In this document: one piece after another, positions 1 to 9,261 of the stretch
How the letters are laid out: the number at the start of each line of letters is the position of its first letter
Numbering within the stretch: position 1 is the first letter of the stretch
Source: Candidatus Undinarchaeales archaeon SRR5007147.bin71
Lineage (GTDB): Archaea > Undinarchaeota > Undinarchaeia > Undinarchaeales > Undinarchaeaceae
NCBI GenBank assembly: GCA_014189675.1
Contig: DVAE01000030.1
Coordinates: 1 to 40,968 of the forward strand
Length of the DNA stretch: 40,968 bases
Direction: 5' to 3'
The notes under the pieces: model-generated
Told to the model about the DNA's origin: nothing
Databases searched by the model: none
What the model saw: the letters and a program-made list of their open reading frames with translations, nothing else
Translations under genes and position numbers: made by a program

Positions 1-2
1 AA

Positions 3-1427
3 GCAGGAATACCTGAAGATGATCCAAGAAATCCTGCAGTTATAGCTGACAATGTTGGAGACAATGTTGGAGACTGTGCCGGGATGGGAGCTGACTTGTT
101 CGAGACTTATGTTGTAACAGCAATAAGCGCAATGCTTTTGGGAACCCTTCTCTTTGAAGGTACAAACGCTGTACTCTATCCGCTCGTTCTTGGAGCCGGT
201 GCGATTTTTGCATCAATAGCAGGAACATACTTTGTAAAAACCAGTAGCAAGAAGCACATAATGAAAGCTCTCTATAAAGGAGTCATTGCAACAGGATTAA
301 TTGCAATCATACTTTTCTACGCAATAACGAAGTACATGATGAATGATATCGGACTATTTATTGCCACACTTGTCGGCCTCGGAATCACTTTCGCAATAAT
401 GTTCGTAACAGATTACTACACTTCAGCAAGTTTCAGACCTGTCCAGTCTATAGCAAAGGCATCGCAGACTGGGGCGGCTACTAATCTAATAAGCGGTATG
501 GCAGTAGGTCTTGAAGCAACCCTTATTCCAGTTCTAGTGATATCTGCAGGAATCCTTACTGCTTACTTCGCAGCAGGAATTTACGGAATTGCAATAGCAG
601 CAATGGCTATGCTTTCATTCACAGGAATCGTCGTTGCAATAGATTCATACGGTCCTATAACAGACAATGCAGGAGGAATTGCAGAGATGTCAGGTCTTCC
701 CTCGAGAGTCAGGAGTATAACAGATGCTCTTGATGCAGTAGGAAATACAACAAAGGCTGTAACAAAGGGATATGCAATTGGCTCAGCTGCACTTGCGGCG
801 CTTGTATTATTCGCAGTATATACTGAGGAAATAGCTCTTCACACAGCAACAACTTTTGTGTTCAGCCTGAATGACCCTCTTGTGATTGTAGGATTGTTCA
901 TAGGAGCTGTACTCCCATTCATATTCTCTTCTCTTCTAATGAAGGCAGTAGGAGATGCTGCCTTCGCAATAGTAAATGAAGTTAGAAGGCAGTTCCGAGA
1001 AATAAAAGGTATAATGAAAGGAACTGCAAAGCCAGAATATGGAAAATGTGTTGACATAGTAACGCAGGCAGCCCTGAGAAAAATGGCACTGCCGGCAATT
1101 ATAGCTGTTGGGGCACCAATACTTGTCGGCTTCCTTCTTGGACCTATTACACTAGGGGCAATGCTTGTAGGAGTTATTGTTTCAGGACTTTTGCTGGCTC
1201 TGTTCATGACAAGCTCAGGAGCAGCATGGGACAACGCCAAAAAGTATATAGAGGATGGAAATTACGGAGGAAAAGGATCTGATGCGCATAATGCAGCTGT
1301 TGTAGGAGACACTGTTGGAGACCCAACAAAAGACACAGCAGGACCTGCAATAAACCCACTCATCAAGGTTGTCAATATGGTGGCACTTCTTGAGATTGGG
1401 CTTGTGCTTGCATATTCACTGATATAA
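3..1427 (+). CDS. hppA: Membrane-bound H+-translocating pyrophosphatase, K+-independent type (5' truncated by window edge)
   Basis: Frame is open from position 3 ([36 protein letters not shown]). Motifs [28 protein letters not shown] and [14 protein letters not shown] are present, with many TM helices. The ORF-track start at 84 is internal. Confidence 0.97.
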   Translation, partial: AGIPEDDPRNPAVIADNVGDNVGDCAGMGADLFETYVVTAISAMLLGTLLFEGTNAVLYPLVLGAGAIFASIAGTYFVKTSSKKHIMKALYKGVIATGLIAIILFYAITKYMMNDIGLFIATLVGLGITFAIMFVTDYYTSASFRPVQSIAKASQTGAATNLISGMAVGLEATLIPVLVISAGILTAYFAAGIYGIAIAAMAMLSFTGIVVAIDSYGPITDNAGGIAEMSGLPSRVRSITDALDAVGNTTKAVTKGYAIGSAALAALVLFAVYTEEIALHTATTFVFSLNDPLVIVGLFIGAVLPFIFSSLLMKAVGDAAFAIVNEVRRQFREIKGIMKGTAKPEYGKCVDIVTQAALRKMALPAIIAVGAPILVGFLLGPITLGAMLVGVIVSGLLLALFMTSSGAAWDNAKKYIEDGNYGGKGSDAHNAAVVGDTVGDPTKDTAGPAINPLIKVVNMVALLEIGLVLAYSLI

Positions 1428-2011
1428 TGTACCAAATAGTAAGAATAGAGGACATGGTAAGAGTTCCAGCGGAGCATTTCAACGAGGAGCTCGAAGTGAC
1501 ACTAAAGAACATACTAGCTGAGCAGTATGAAGGAAAGCTTGACAGAGAAATAGGCTCACTCATCTCTGTTCTCGATGTAAAAAGCGACGGAATAGGGCGT
1601 GTTATACCCGGAGACGGTGCAGCATACTACAATGCCAGCTTCAGGGCGCTTGCTTACAAGCCAGAACTCCAGGAGATTATTGAAGGAGATGTAATAGAAA
1701 TAGTTGAATTTGGAGCTTTTGTAAGACTAGGTCCTCTTGACGGGCTGGTTCACGTTTCGCAGATAACTGATGATTACCTAAACTATGACGAGAAAGGGCA
1801 GAGATTTGTTGGTAAGGAATCAAAGAAGACGCTTGCACAGGGAGACAAAGTTCGGGCAAGAATAGTCACTATAAGCCTGAAAAAAGCGAAGGAGAACAAA
1901 ATAGGACTAACAATGAGACAGCCTGGTCTTGGAAAACTGGACTGGATAAACGAAAAGGAAGTAGTACCGACCGAAAAAAAAGCTCTTAAGAAGAAAGAGG
2001 AACGGAAATGA
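1427..2011 (+). CDS. rpoE1: DNA-directed RNA polymerase subunit Rpo7 (E')
   Basis: GRVIPGDGAAY motif, S1 domain (FGAFVRLGPLDGLVHVSQI) and IGLTMRQPGLGKLDW. TAATG overlap with the hppA stop. Confidence 0.97.
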   Translation: MYQIVRIEDMVRVPAEHFNEELEVTLKNILAEQYEGKLDREIGSLISVLDVKSDGIGRVIPGDGAAYYNASFRALAYKPELQEIIEGDVIEIVEFGAFVRLGPLDGLVHVSQITDDYLNYDEKGQRFVGKESKKTLAQGDKVRARIVTISLKKAKENKIGLTMRQPGLGKLDWINEKEVVPTEKKALKKKEERK

Positions 2012-2190
2012 GCAAGGCATGTAAAAACTGTAGCAGGCTGAATGAAAGCAATGTTTGTGTTTCCTGCGGAGCAACAGATTTCTCCAGTAGATGGAGCGGA
2101 ATGGTCATAATAATAAACCCAGAGAAATCCATAGTAGCAGAAAAACTCGCGAAAAAGGAAAAGGGAGAGTACGCACTTACTGTACAATGA
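2008..2190 (+). CDS. spt4: Transcription elongation factor Spt4 (RpoE'')
   Basis: CxxC...CxxC zinc ribbon, WSGMVIIINPEKSIVA and GEYAL. ATGA overlap with rpoE1. Confidence 0.95.
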   Translation: MSKACKNCSRLNESNVCVSCGATDFSSRWSGMVIIINPEKSIVAEKLAKKEKGEYALTVQ

Positions 2191-2585
2191 ATATTAAAAT
2201 TCTTAATGAAAAGGAGAATAAACTGATTGGAAGGAAGGAATACGAGATACTTGTAGAGAACCCAGGACCTACCGTAAGCAAGGAAGATCTTCGTCCTGAG
2301 GTATGCAAGGCTCTGAAATGTGAAGAAGGTCTCATAGTTATACTACAAATAAACCAAGTCTACGGTGCAAAGCACTCAATTGCCCGTGTTGATGTTTATA
2401 ATTCAGAGGATATTTTGAAGCAATATAGGAGAGAGGGGAAAACTGTAGAAGAACGGACAGAATCTGAGGAAGAGGCTCCAAAGGAAACTGAGGGAAAAAC
2501 AGAAGAATCTAAAGAGGACGCTCCAGCTGATGAAAAGCCCGCAGAAGAGGCAAAGGAGACAGGCAATGCCGCAAAAGAGGAATAA
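2187..2585 (+). CDS. rps24e: 30S ribosomal protein S24e with acidic C-terminal extension
   Basis: [18 protein letters not shown]...GPTVS...YG...VY and syntenic position. Start moved to ATG 2187, which overlaps the spt4 stop (ATGA). Confidence 0.92.
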   Translation: MNIKILNEKENKLIGRKEYEILVENPGPTVSKEDLRPEVCKALKCEEGLIVILQINQVYGAKHSIARVDVYNSEDILKQYRREGKTVEERTESEEEAPKETEGKTEESKEDAPADEKPAEEAKETGNAAKEE

Positions 2586-2850
2586 GCACGAACTTTACGA
2601 CACAACAGAGGGAGTTTCCAGGAAGAATAAAATTTGCCCGCGATGCGGACCCGGAATATTTCTGGCTAAGCATGCTGACAGAGAGTCCTGCGGAGCCTGC
2701 GGATATACTGAGTTCCCAAACAAGCCTAAAGAAGATGAAAGTCCTAAAGAGCAAGCACCTGAGGCAATCGAAGGAAGGGAAGAGAAAGCCCCTGATAAGA
2801 AGGAAGAAGGACCTGTAGAAGAAGCTAAAGAAGCACCAAAAGAAGAATAG
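2566..2850 (+). CDS. rps27ae: 30S ribosomal protein S27ae with acidic C-terminal extension
   Basis: [27 protein letters not shown] zinc finger. AAGGAG SD-like site just upstream of ATG 2566. Confidence 0.95.
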   Translation: MPQKRNKHELYDTTEGVSRKNKICPRCGPGIFLAKHADRESCGACGYTEFPNKPKEDESPKEQAPEAIEGREEKAPDKKEEGPVEEAKEAPKEE

Positions 2851-2888
2851 ACCTGAGTCGTTTCAATAAGATTAATTTTAAGTGCAGA

Positions 2889-5624
2889 TTATTTCTTCTG
2901 TATTTTTCTGTATAGGAATATTGCTGAGACCAAAACTATTCCGAATATCCACAGTAGAGAGGAAGGTACTGACTCTTCTTCTGGCGGACTTGTTACAGGT
3001 TCAGAAGCTGGCTCTTCTGCTGCATCGTCTTCTGGCTCTTCTGCTGGAGCCTCTGCAGGAGCTGCTGGAGCTCTTTCAGTTAGGACCTCGAATTTCAAAT
3101 CAGCTTTTCCAGTTTCACTTATACGTAGGAGAGTAACCCTCAAATCGTTGAGACCATTTCTGTCGACATCAATGTCCTTTGTTGATGCTCCGGCGAGAGC
3201 TGTATCAAGAGTTATTGTTATTGGCTCAGACTCTATTGTGATTGTTGCATGAGTTCCTGAAACAGTATCTACAGTCACTCTGTGGAATTCTCCAAGATGG
3301 CTGAAGCTTGCTGTGCCGGACTCAGACATTGTTATAATATCTGGTGTTCCGAGTGCAAGATCTGAAAGGGATGTGTAGCTTATATCGACAGTAGATGTGA
3401 ATCCGCCGCCTCCGCCTCCGCCACTTGCGGATGTTCCGCCGAGTGATGTTCCTCCAAGGTTAGGAGCGGCACCAGAGAAGTGAGGAAGCCTGAGATGGAT
3501 CTTGTTATTTGTCTTGTCAAGACCGCAGGGCTGAGTAGAAATTATGCTCGTCAAATCATTGTGGCAAGTTGTGTTGTTTGTCAAATAACCCCAGGCAGTT
3601 GCTTCTGCTGCATAGTGCTCAAGGTTTGTGAGCTGGGCAGTCGTATTGTTGTTCACATTCCAGCGTTCAGACCAAGAATCCCCTGATGTTGTATCGTAGA
3701 GCCTGTCTATTCCTATTGTTACAGCTGAATTTTCATCAAGAGTTGCATCGTTGTAAGGAAGTGTTACGAAAACAAATTCGTACATGTCAGGACCGTCCGA
3801 ACCATATTTCCATACCTCACTGAATGTCGAACCAGATGTTGCATCCGTATCTGCAGAGTCCTCAAACATCATAGGAGGAGGACCTGAGTTCATAAGATCG
3901 ACACCAACATAAGTTATAGCGCTGCCAGAGGAAACATCAGTCATTCTGATTGTAGCCTTTCCTAGAAGCATCATCTTCATTGCCTGGTTTCCTGCATTTG
4001 AGCCTGTAAGCCCGGAGAGATTGAAGAGATTGCAGCCTGCGACAGGATCAGCAACACGGCAGGAGGCATTTTGATAGTCAAAGACCTCGACAGTTACTGC
4101 ATTTGAGCCGAAGCCCTGCTCAGTTCCTCCTGAGTCACGCCTGTCAAATCCGCTTCCGCCGGCGAGAGTCAAATTAGTGTAAGGGCTTGTGTTAAGTTTT
4201 GTAGAACTCAATGTTCTTCTTAGAGGTGAGCCGCCGCCTGCGAAGACCTGGGCATTAACGCTGGAACCACTCATAAGAGGAATATCAACAATTGTCTCTC
4301 CAGAACCAGGGAAGAAAGTCCACTTGTAGGACGCACCCCAGTGACCTCCTGTCGAAGAGTTTGGATTACCGGAAGGATATGTAATATTGAACTCGCTGAA
4401 AGGATTCTGGGCAGCGGAGCCATTCTTCGTTATATTGAAGCGTGTAGTGTTAATATAGAAGGTTTTGTTCACACTGTCGTAGCCGGAAATAACGAACTTC
4501 CTGTTAGCTCCATACATAGGGAGAAGAGTCAAGTTAAGGCTGTGTATAGCTGAGGCACCGTAGGAAAGCGTTGTATTATAGAGACCCATATATGACTTGC
4601 TGCTGTTGTTTGCGAATATCATCATGAGCGATGTAAATCCGAGTTCTGTTGCCGGTAAAATCAAAGTGAAGTTTCCTGTATCATTATAGTACCTGTCATT
4701 TCCTCCGCCAACGAATGCACCTATATCAGAGAATGAGCCGCTTCCGTAAACCCTTCCGGACTCAAGCTGATAGTTCAGACCTGTCAGATTTTGAAGGCTA
4801 CCATTCAGACCGTTTATGTTTATCATTCCGGTAATATTGACGCTTTCAACTGTTCCATTGACATGGCAGTGTATGAGATCCCCAGCGCTGTATCGAGTTG
4901 AATTGAGATCACAGCCTGCGACTGATGCGGTGTAGTTCTTGTCAGGACCGTATTTGACATTGAAGGGAGCGCTCTGATTAGGATATACACCAAATATGTA
5001 AGTCTGGTTAAGAGGTATAACTATAATGTCGCTCACATTGTTTCCTGTTGCGCCGAGAGAAGATGCGGATTTGTATACAAGATTACCACCATACTTGCCA
5101 TCTATAATGTCGTAACTTCTTGACATGAGATGTCCTGGATTAGATCCAAGTGAAACATTGGTACCATTGTGAACGGTTATATTGAGCATAACTGCCGGCT
5201 CAACAAACATAGTCGAACCTGTTATCCCATATCTGTACATCTGCCATGGCCACATTCTGAGAACAGGACTTGTGTGAGTCACATAGTTTCTTGTCGGAGA
5301 TGCGCCGGCAACCGCAGTTGAGTTGTTTACATGAATAACGAGATTATAGAATTCATTTGAGCTGTTTGAAAGAACATTTGTTCCGCTGAAATTGGCAAAT
5401 CCTGTACTGCTTGTCAGGACGCTGATAACATTGTTAAGTGAAGGTCCCGTTCCAGACATACTGTAGTTCTCGACAGAAACATTTGCGTTCGGAACAACAG
5501 TGCCGTTCTGATATTTTACAGTAACGTTAAAATCGAAGGTTGTAGCGTGGACTGCTCCGGCGAAGAGAAAGAAAGATATGAAAAACGCAAACAGAACTGT
5601 CTTAAGTGAAAACTCTTCTCCCAT
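2889..5624 (-). CDS. Large secreted, C-terminally anchored cell-surface glycoprotein (S-layer/adhesin-like, ~911 aa)
   Basis: Likely start MGEEFSLK at 5624 with a signal peptide ending AVHA. More than 30 N-x-S/T sequons by manual count, a LPHFS motif, a poly-Gly linker, a P/A/E-rich spacer, a C-terminal TM helix and a basic tail (RKIQKK). TATA-like box about 22 nt upstream. Confidence 0.8.
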   Translation of the reverse strand: MGEEFSLKTVLFAFFISFFLFAGAVHATTFDFNVTVKYQNGTVVPNANVSVENYSMSGTGPSLNNVISVLTSSTGFANFSGTNVLSNSSNEFYNLVIHVNNSTAVAGASPTRNYVTHTSPVLRMWPWQMYRYGITGSTMFVEPAVMLNITVHNGTNVSLGSNPGHLMSRSYDIIDGKYGGNLVYKSASSLGATGNNVSDIIVIPLNQTYIFGVYPNQSAPFNVKYGPDKNYTASVAGCDLNSTRYSAGDLIHCHVNGTVESVNITGMININGLNGSLQNLTGLNYQLESGRVYGSGSFSDIGAFVGGGNDRYYNDTGNFTLILPATELGFTSLMMIFANNSSKSYMGLYNTTLSYGASAIHSLNLTLLPMYGANRKFVISGYDSVNKTFYINTTRFNITKNGSAAQNPFSEFNITYPSGNPNSSTGGHWGASYKWTFFPGSGETIVDIPLMSGSSVNAQVFAGGGSPLRRTLSSTKLNTSPYTNLTLAGGSGFDRRDSGGTEQGFGSNAVTVEVFDYQNASCRVADPVAGCNLFNLSGLTGSNAGNQAMKMMLLGKATIRMTDVSSGSAITYVGVDLMNSGPPPMMFEDSADTDATSGSTFSEVWKYGSDGPDMYEFVFVTLPYNDATLDENSAVTIGIDRLYDTTSGDSWSERWNVNNNTTAQLTNLEHYAAEATAWGYLTNNTTCHNDLTSIISTQPCGLDKTNNKIHLRLPHFSGAAPNLGGTSLGGTSASGGGGGGGFTSTVDISYTSLSDLALGTPDIITMSESGTASFSHLGEFHRVTVDTVSGTHATITIESEPITITLDTALAGASTKDIDVDRNGLNDLRVTLLRISETGKADLKFEVLTERAPAAPAEAPAEEPEDDAAEEPASEPVTSPPEEESVPSSLLWIFGIVLVSAIFLYRKIQKK

Positions 5625-5713
5625 ATACCGCGATAATTCTTTACAGTATATAAGCTTTTTTAGAAATTCCAAGAGTAATAATATATAGGAGCTTCCCCCA
5701 ACAATCACGGGAA

Positions 5714-6373
5714 ATGGCAGAGATTAAAATAGCTCCTTCCATACTTTCGGCTGATTTTGCCAATTTAGGGAAGGACATAGGTATGGTGGAACAGCACACG
5801 GACTTGCTTCATATAGATGTTATGGACGGCCACTTTGTGCCGAACATATCAATAGGAATTCCCGTTGTAGAGTCAATAAGAAAGTTTACAGAGATGCGCC
5901 TTGATGCGCACTTGATGATAGAGAATCCTGAAAAATATATTGAAGCCTTCTCTCTGGCAGGAGCTGACACAATAATAGTACACGCTGAAACGATAAAGGA
6001 CGGAAAGCCTCTTCAGGATATAAAAGATCATAATAAAAGAACAGGAGTTTCCATAAATCCGGAAACTCCAGTTTCAGAAATAGAGAGCTATCTCGGAGGA
6101 CTTGGTCAGGTTCTTGTTATGTCAGTAAATCCCGGATTCGGAGGACAGTCCTTTATGCCGGAAGCGCTTCCGAAGATTGAAGAGCTGAAAAAGTTAAGAA
6201 AGGAAAATGACTTTCAATTTGAGATAGCTGTCGACGGAGGAGTAAATATAGAGACCTCTCCGAAAATTGTAGAAGCTGGAGCGGACATACTAATTGCGGG
6301 CTCGGCGATATTCGGCTCCGACGACCCACTTGGAGCGATAATTAAAATGAAAGGAGATGGCGATGGAAATTGA
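5714..6373 (+). CDS. rpe: Ribulose-phosphate 3-epimerase
   Basis: IAPSILSADF, HIDVMDGHFVPN, DAHLM, MSVNPGFGGQ and VDGG motifs. Confidence 0.97.
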   Translation: MAEIKIAPSILSADFANLGKDIGMVEQHTDLLHIDVMDGHFVPNISIGIPVVESIRKFTEMRLDAHLMIENPEKYIEAFSLAGADTIIVHAETIKDGKPLQDIKDHNKRTGVSINPETPVSEIESYLGGLGQVLVMSVNPGFGGQSFMPEALPKIEELKKLRKENDFQFEIAVDGGVNIETSPKIVEAGADILIAGSAIFGSDDPLGAIIKMKGDGDGN

Positions 6374-7169
6374 TGCTTTGAACGAGAAGGCGAAACAGGT
6401 TCGCAGAGACATTGTCCAGATGGTCTACGATGCAAAGTGCGGCCACCCAGGAGGTTCTCTTTCGGCAGTAGAACTTCTTTGCTCGCTATATTATAATGCG
6501 GCAAAGGTAAATCCGAAGAATCCAAAGGATGAAAGTCGAGACAGGATAATATATAGTAAGGGTCACGCCTGTCCGGCTTTGTACGCTATTCTAGGAGACC
6601 TAGGCTTCTTTCCGAAAAGTGAATTTAAGAAGTTTAGAAAGCTTGGCGGACTTTTACAGGGACATTCTGACATAGCAGTTCCAGGAGTTGAAATGTCCGC
6701 CGGCTCTCTCGGCATGGGACTGTCCTTTGCTCATGGTATGGCGCTTGCAAGAGACATAGACCGGAAAAATCACTATGTTTACGCCTTCCTTGGAGATGGA
6801 GAATGTCAGGAAGGGCAGATTTGGGAAGCTGCAATGACTGCAGGATATATGAAAACACAGAATCTCATAGCAATTATTGACAGAAATCAGATTCAGAATG
6901 ATGACTTTGTGAAAAAAACAAAGAGACTTTGCCCATTCACAGAAAAATGGAAGTCCTTCAATTGGCATACAATAAAAATAAAAGACGGACACGATTTTGA
7001 AGAGATACTTTCAGCAGTGGAAGAAGCAAAAAAGCTTGACGGACCTGTAGCAATTATAGCGAACACGAAGAAAGGATATGGAGTCTCATTTATGGAACTG
7101 AATACGAAATTCCACGGAATGGCTCCGAGTGACGAAGAATTTAAAACGGCAATGGAGGAACTAAAATGA
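6357..7169 (+). CDS. tkt: Transketolase, N-terminal (TPP-binding) subunit
   Basis: GHPGGSLS, DRIIYSKGH, GSLGMG and GDGECQEGQIWEA motifs. Confidence 0.96.
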   Translation: MAMEIDALNEKAKQVRRDIVQMVYDAKCGHPGGSLSAVELLCSLYYNAAKVNPKNPKDESRDRIIYSKGHACPALYAILGDLGFFPKSEFKKFRKLGGLLQGHSDIAVPGVEMSAGSLGMGLSFAHGMALARDIDRKNHYVYAFLGDGECQEGQIWEAAMTAGYMKTQNLIAIIDRNQIQNDDFVKKTKRLCPFTEKWKSFNWHTIKIKDGHDFEEILSAVEEAKKLDGPVAIIANTKKGYGVSFMELNTKFHGMAPSDEEFKTAMEELK

Positions 7170-8101
7170 TCTCTGAGGCATTTGAAGCAACTAGGACAGG
7201 GTATGGGAGAGGCCTCCTAGCAGCAGGAAAGAAGAACGACAATGTTGTTTCTCTGGAAGCCGACCTTGGAGCTTCCTGCAAAACCGCTGAATTTAAAACA
7301 GAGTTTCCTGAGCGCTCTTTCAATCTTGGAATTTCAGAGCAGGACATGATATGCACTGCCGCAGGGATGGCAGCTGAGAGAAAGATTGCTTTCGCTGCAA
7401 CATTTTCTATATTTACAGAGAGGGCATTTGAACAGATAAGAAACTCAGTAGCGAGACAGAACCTTGATGTAAAAATAATGGGAAGCCACTCAGGGCTTCA
7501 CACAGGAGAAGACGGTTCCAGTGCACAGACAGTTGAAGATATAGCAATATATAGGACTCTTCCGAATATGCACGTCATTGTACCAGCAGATTCTGTTGAA
7601 GGAGAAGCAGTAACACTTGCCGCGGCTGAGACAGAAGGACCATTTTATCTTAGATTTGGAAGAAACAAGACTCCGGTAATTTATGATGAGAACTATAAAT
7701 TCGAAATTGGAACGGGAAGTATTTTGAAAGAAGGAAGTGATATCACAATAATTGCCTGCGGAGTCCTGGTTTCTGAGTCCCTGAAAGCCGCTGAAATTCT
7801 TGAGAAAGATGGAATATCTGCAAGAGTTGTAAATATGTCATCGATAAAACCTATAGACTCCGAGCTTATAGAAAAGTGCGCAAGTGAAACAGGACTCATA
7901 GTAACGGCCGAAGACCACAGTATAATTGGAGGTTTGGGAAGCGCCGTTGCTGAGGTTCTTTCTGAGAGACGTCCAACAAGACTTGTAAGAATAGGAGTAC
8001 AGGATGTTTTTGGAGAATCCGGAAGCCCTGAAGAGCTATATAAAAAATACGGACTCGACGCAGAGAGTATTGCCGAAAAACTTAAAGGGGAAGTAAAATA
8101 G
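7166..8101 (+). CDS. tkt: Transketolase, C-terminal subunit
   Basis: GISEQDM, GEDGSSAQ and EDHSIIGGLG motifs. ATGA coupling to the N-terminal subunit. Confidence 0.95.
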   Translation: MISEAFEATRTGYGRGLLAAGKKNDNVVSLEADLGASCKTAEFKTEFPERSFNLGISEQDMICTAAGMAAERKIAFAATFSIFTERAFEQIRNSVARQNLDVKIMGSHSGLHTGEDGSSAQTVEDIAIYRTLPNMHVIVPADSVEGEAVTLAAAETEGPFYLRFGRNKTPVIYDENYKFEIGTGSILKEGSDITIIACGVLVSESLKAAEILEKDGISARVVNMSSIKPIDSELIEKCASETGLIVTAEDHSIIGGLGSAVAEVLSERRPTRLVRIGVQDVFGESGSPEELYKKYGLDAESIAEKLKGEVK

Positions 8102-8110
8102 TTTATTATT

Positions 8111-8755
8111 ATGAAATTCTTCATAGACAGCGCAGATATTGAGGAAATAAGGAAGGCAAAATCCTACGGAATAGTTGACGGAGTAACCACAAATCCTTCT
8201 CTGATTGCAAAAATGGGGAAGGAGCGAGATGAAACTGTCAAAGATATACTTTCTGAGTCAGACTGGCCAGTCAGTATTGAGGTAATTAGTACTGACACTG
8301 AAGGAATGCTGAAAGAAGCCTACGAAATAGCCAAGCTCGGAAAGAACGCCGTTGTAAAAATACCAATGACTCTTGAAGGCCTAGCTGCCGTGAAGGACTT
8401 AAGTGCAAAGGGAGTGAAGACTAATGTAACTCTTATTTTCTCGGCAAATCAGGCACTTCTTGCTGCAAAAGTAGGAGCAAATTACGTAAGCCCTTTTATT
8501 GGAAGACTGGATGACAAGGGAGAAGATGGAATGCAGCTTGTCAGGGATATTGTACAGATATATAGGAATTACGGATTTGAAACAGAAGTTCTTGTAGCAA
8601 GCATTAGGAGTGAAGAGCATGTACTGCAGGCTGCTCTGACAGGAGCTCACGTTTCAACCGTTCCGATTAAGGTTCTTGAAGAACTTGCAAAGCACGAGCT
8701 GACAGATGCTGGGCTTGAGAAGTTCCTAGAGGACTGGAAAAATCGGAAAAAATGA
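8111..8755 (+). CDS. tal: Transaldolase (short TalC/FSA family)
   Basis: [13 protein letters not shown], the Schiff-base Lys in VVKIP, and SPFIGRLDD. Glu in SIEV and Phe in SPF indicate transaldolase rather than FSA. Confidence 0.93.
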   Translation: MKFFIDSADIEEIRKAKSYGIVDGVTTNPSLIAKMGKERDETVKDILSESDWPVSIEVISTDTEGMLKEAYEIAKLGKNAVVKIPMTLEGLAAVKDLSAKGVKTNVTLIFSANQALLAAKVGANYVSPFIGRLDDKGEDGMQLVRDIVQIYRNYGFETEVLVASIRSEEHVLQAALTGAHVSTVPIKVLEELAKHELTDAGLEKFLEDWKNRKK

Positions 8756-9228
8756 CAGGACTTATTCAATACGCTGGAGCGGCAACAGGAATTGTCTGGA
8801 TAATTCACTATATATTTTACCAGCAGAAAGAAGTAATAATCCACTGGGGAATGACGCCGAGGCGTATGTTTTCTGTAATATCCCATATTATCCGGAAATA
8901 TTGGGTTAAGCTCGTAGGGAAGATGGTAGCGAAGCAACTTTTAGTTGGAGAGGCCGCCTTCATAGGAAGAGGACTAACAGGAAGACTCTCAGCAAGATAT
9001 GGAACCACAGTAGTTGGGACTGACGTTGCAGCAAAAACTGGATTCATAAGCATGAACCCACAATCTATGTTGATATTCCTGCTTTCATTTTTTGTGGTAA
9101 TTGAACTCGGGCTCGCTTATAGGAGAAACAAACATATTTTTAGGGAATATAAAAACCTTGGAAAACTTGGACTCGAGATTTTCGTAATATACTCCTTTGC
9201 TGACATCCTCGCAACGATGATGTTCTAA
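8752..9228 (+). CDS. Hypothetical membrane protein
   Basis: ATGA-coupled to tal, with about three hydrophobic segments. No family recognised. Confidence 0.6.
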   Translation: MTGLIQYAGAATGIVWIIHYIFYQQKEVIIHWGMTPRRMFSVISHIIRKYWVKLVGKMVAKQLLVGEAAFIGRGLTGRLSARYGTTVVGTDVAAKTGFISMNPQSMLIFLLSFFVVIELGLAYRRNKHIFREYKNLGKLGLEIFVIYSFADILATMMF

Positions 9229-9261
9229 AACGATATATAGTAACACAGGGAATTAGACAAA

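Noticed and set aside
48-74. 12-bp tandem repeat GACAATGTTGGA
   Set aside because: It encodes the conserved DNVGDNVGD motif of membrane PPases and is not an independent repeat element.
2091-2186. ORF-track N-terminal extension of S24e (likewise the 2530 start of S27ae)
   Set aside because: It overlaps the upstream gene. Starts at 2187 and 2566 fit family N-termini and the coupling or SD signals.
3402-3424. CCG/CCT triplet run
   Set aside because: It is the poly-Gly linker codons on the minus strand, not a contingency repeat I can support.
5625-5708. ORF-track extension of the surface protein to 5708
   Set aside because: It spans the divergent promoter region. The signal peptide and TATA spacing support ATG 5624.
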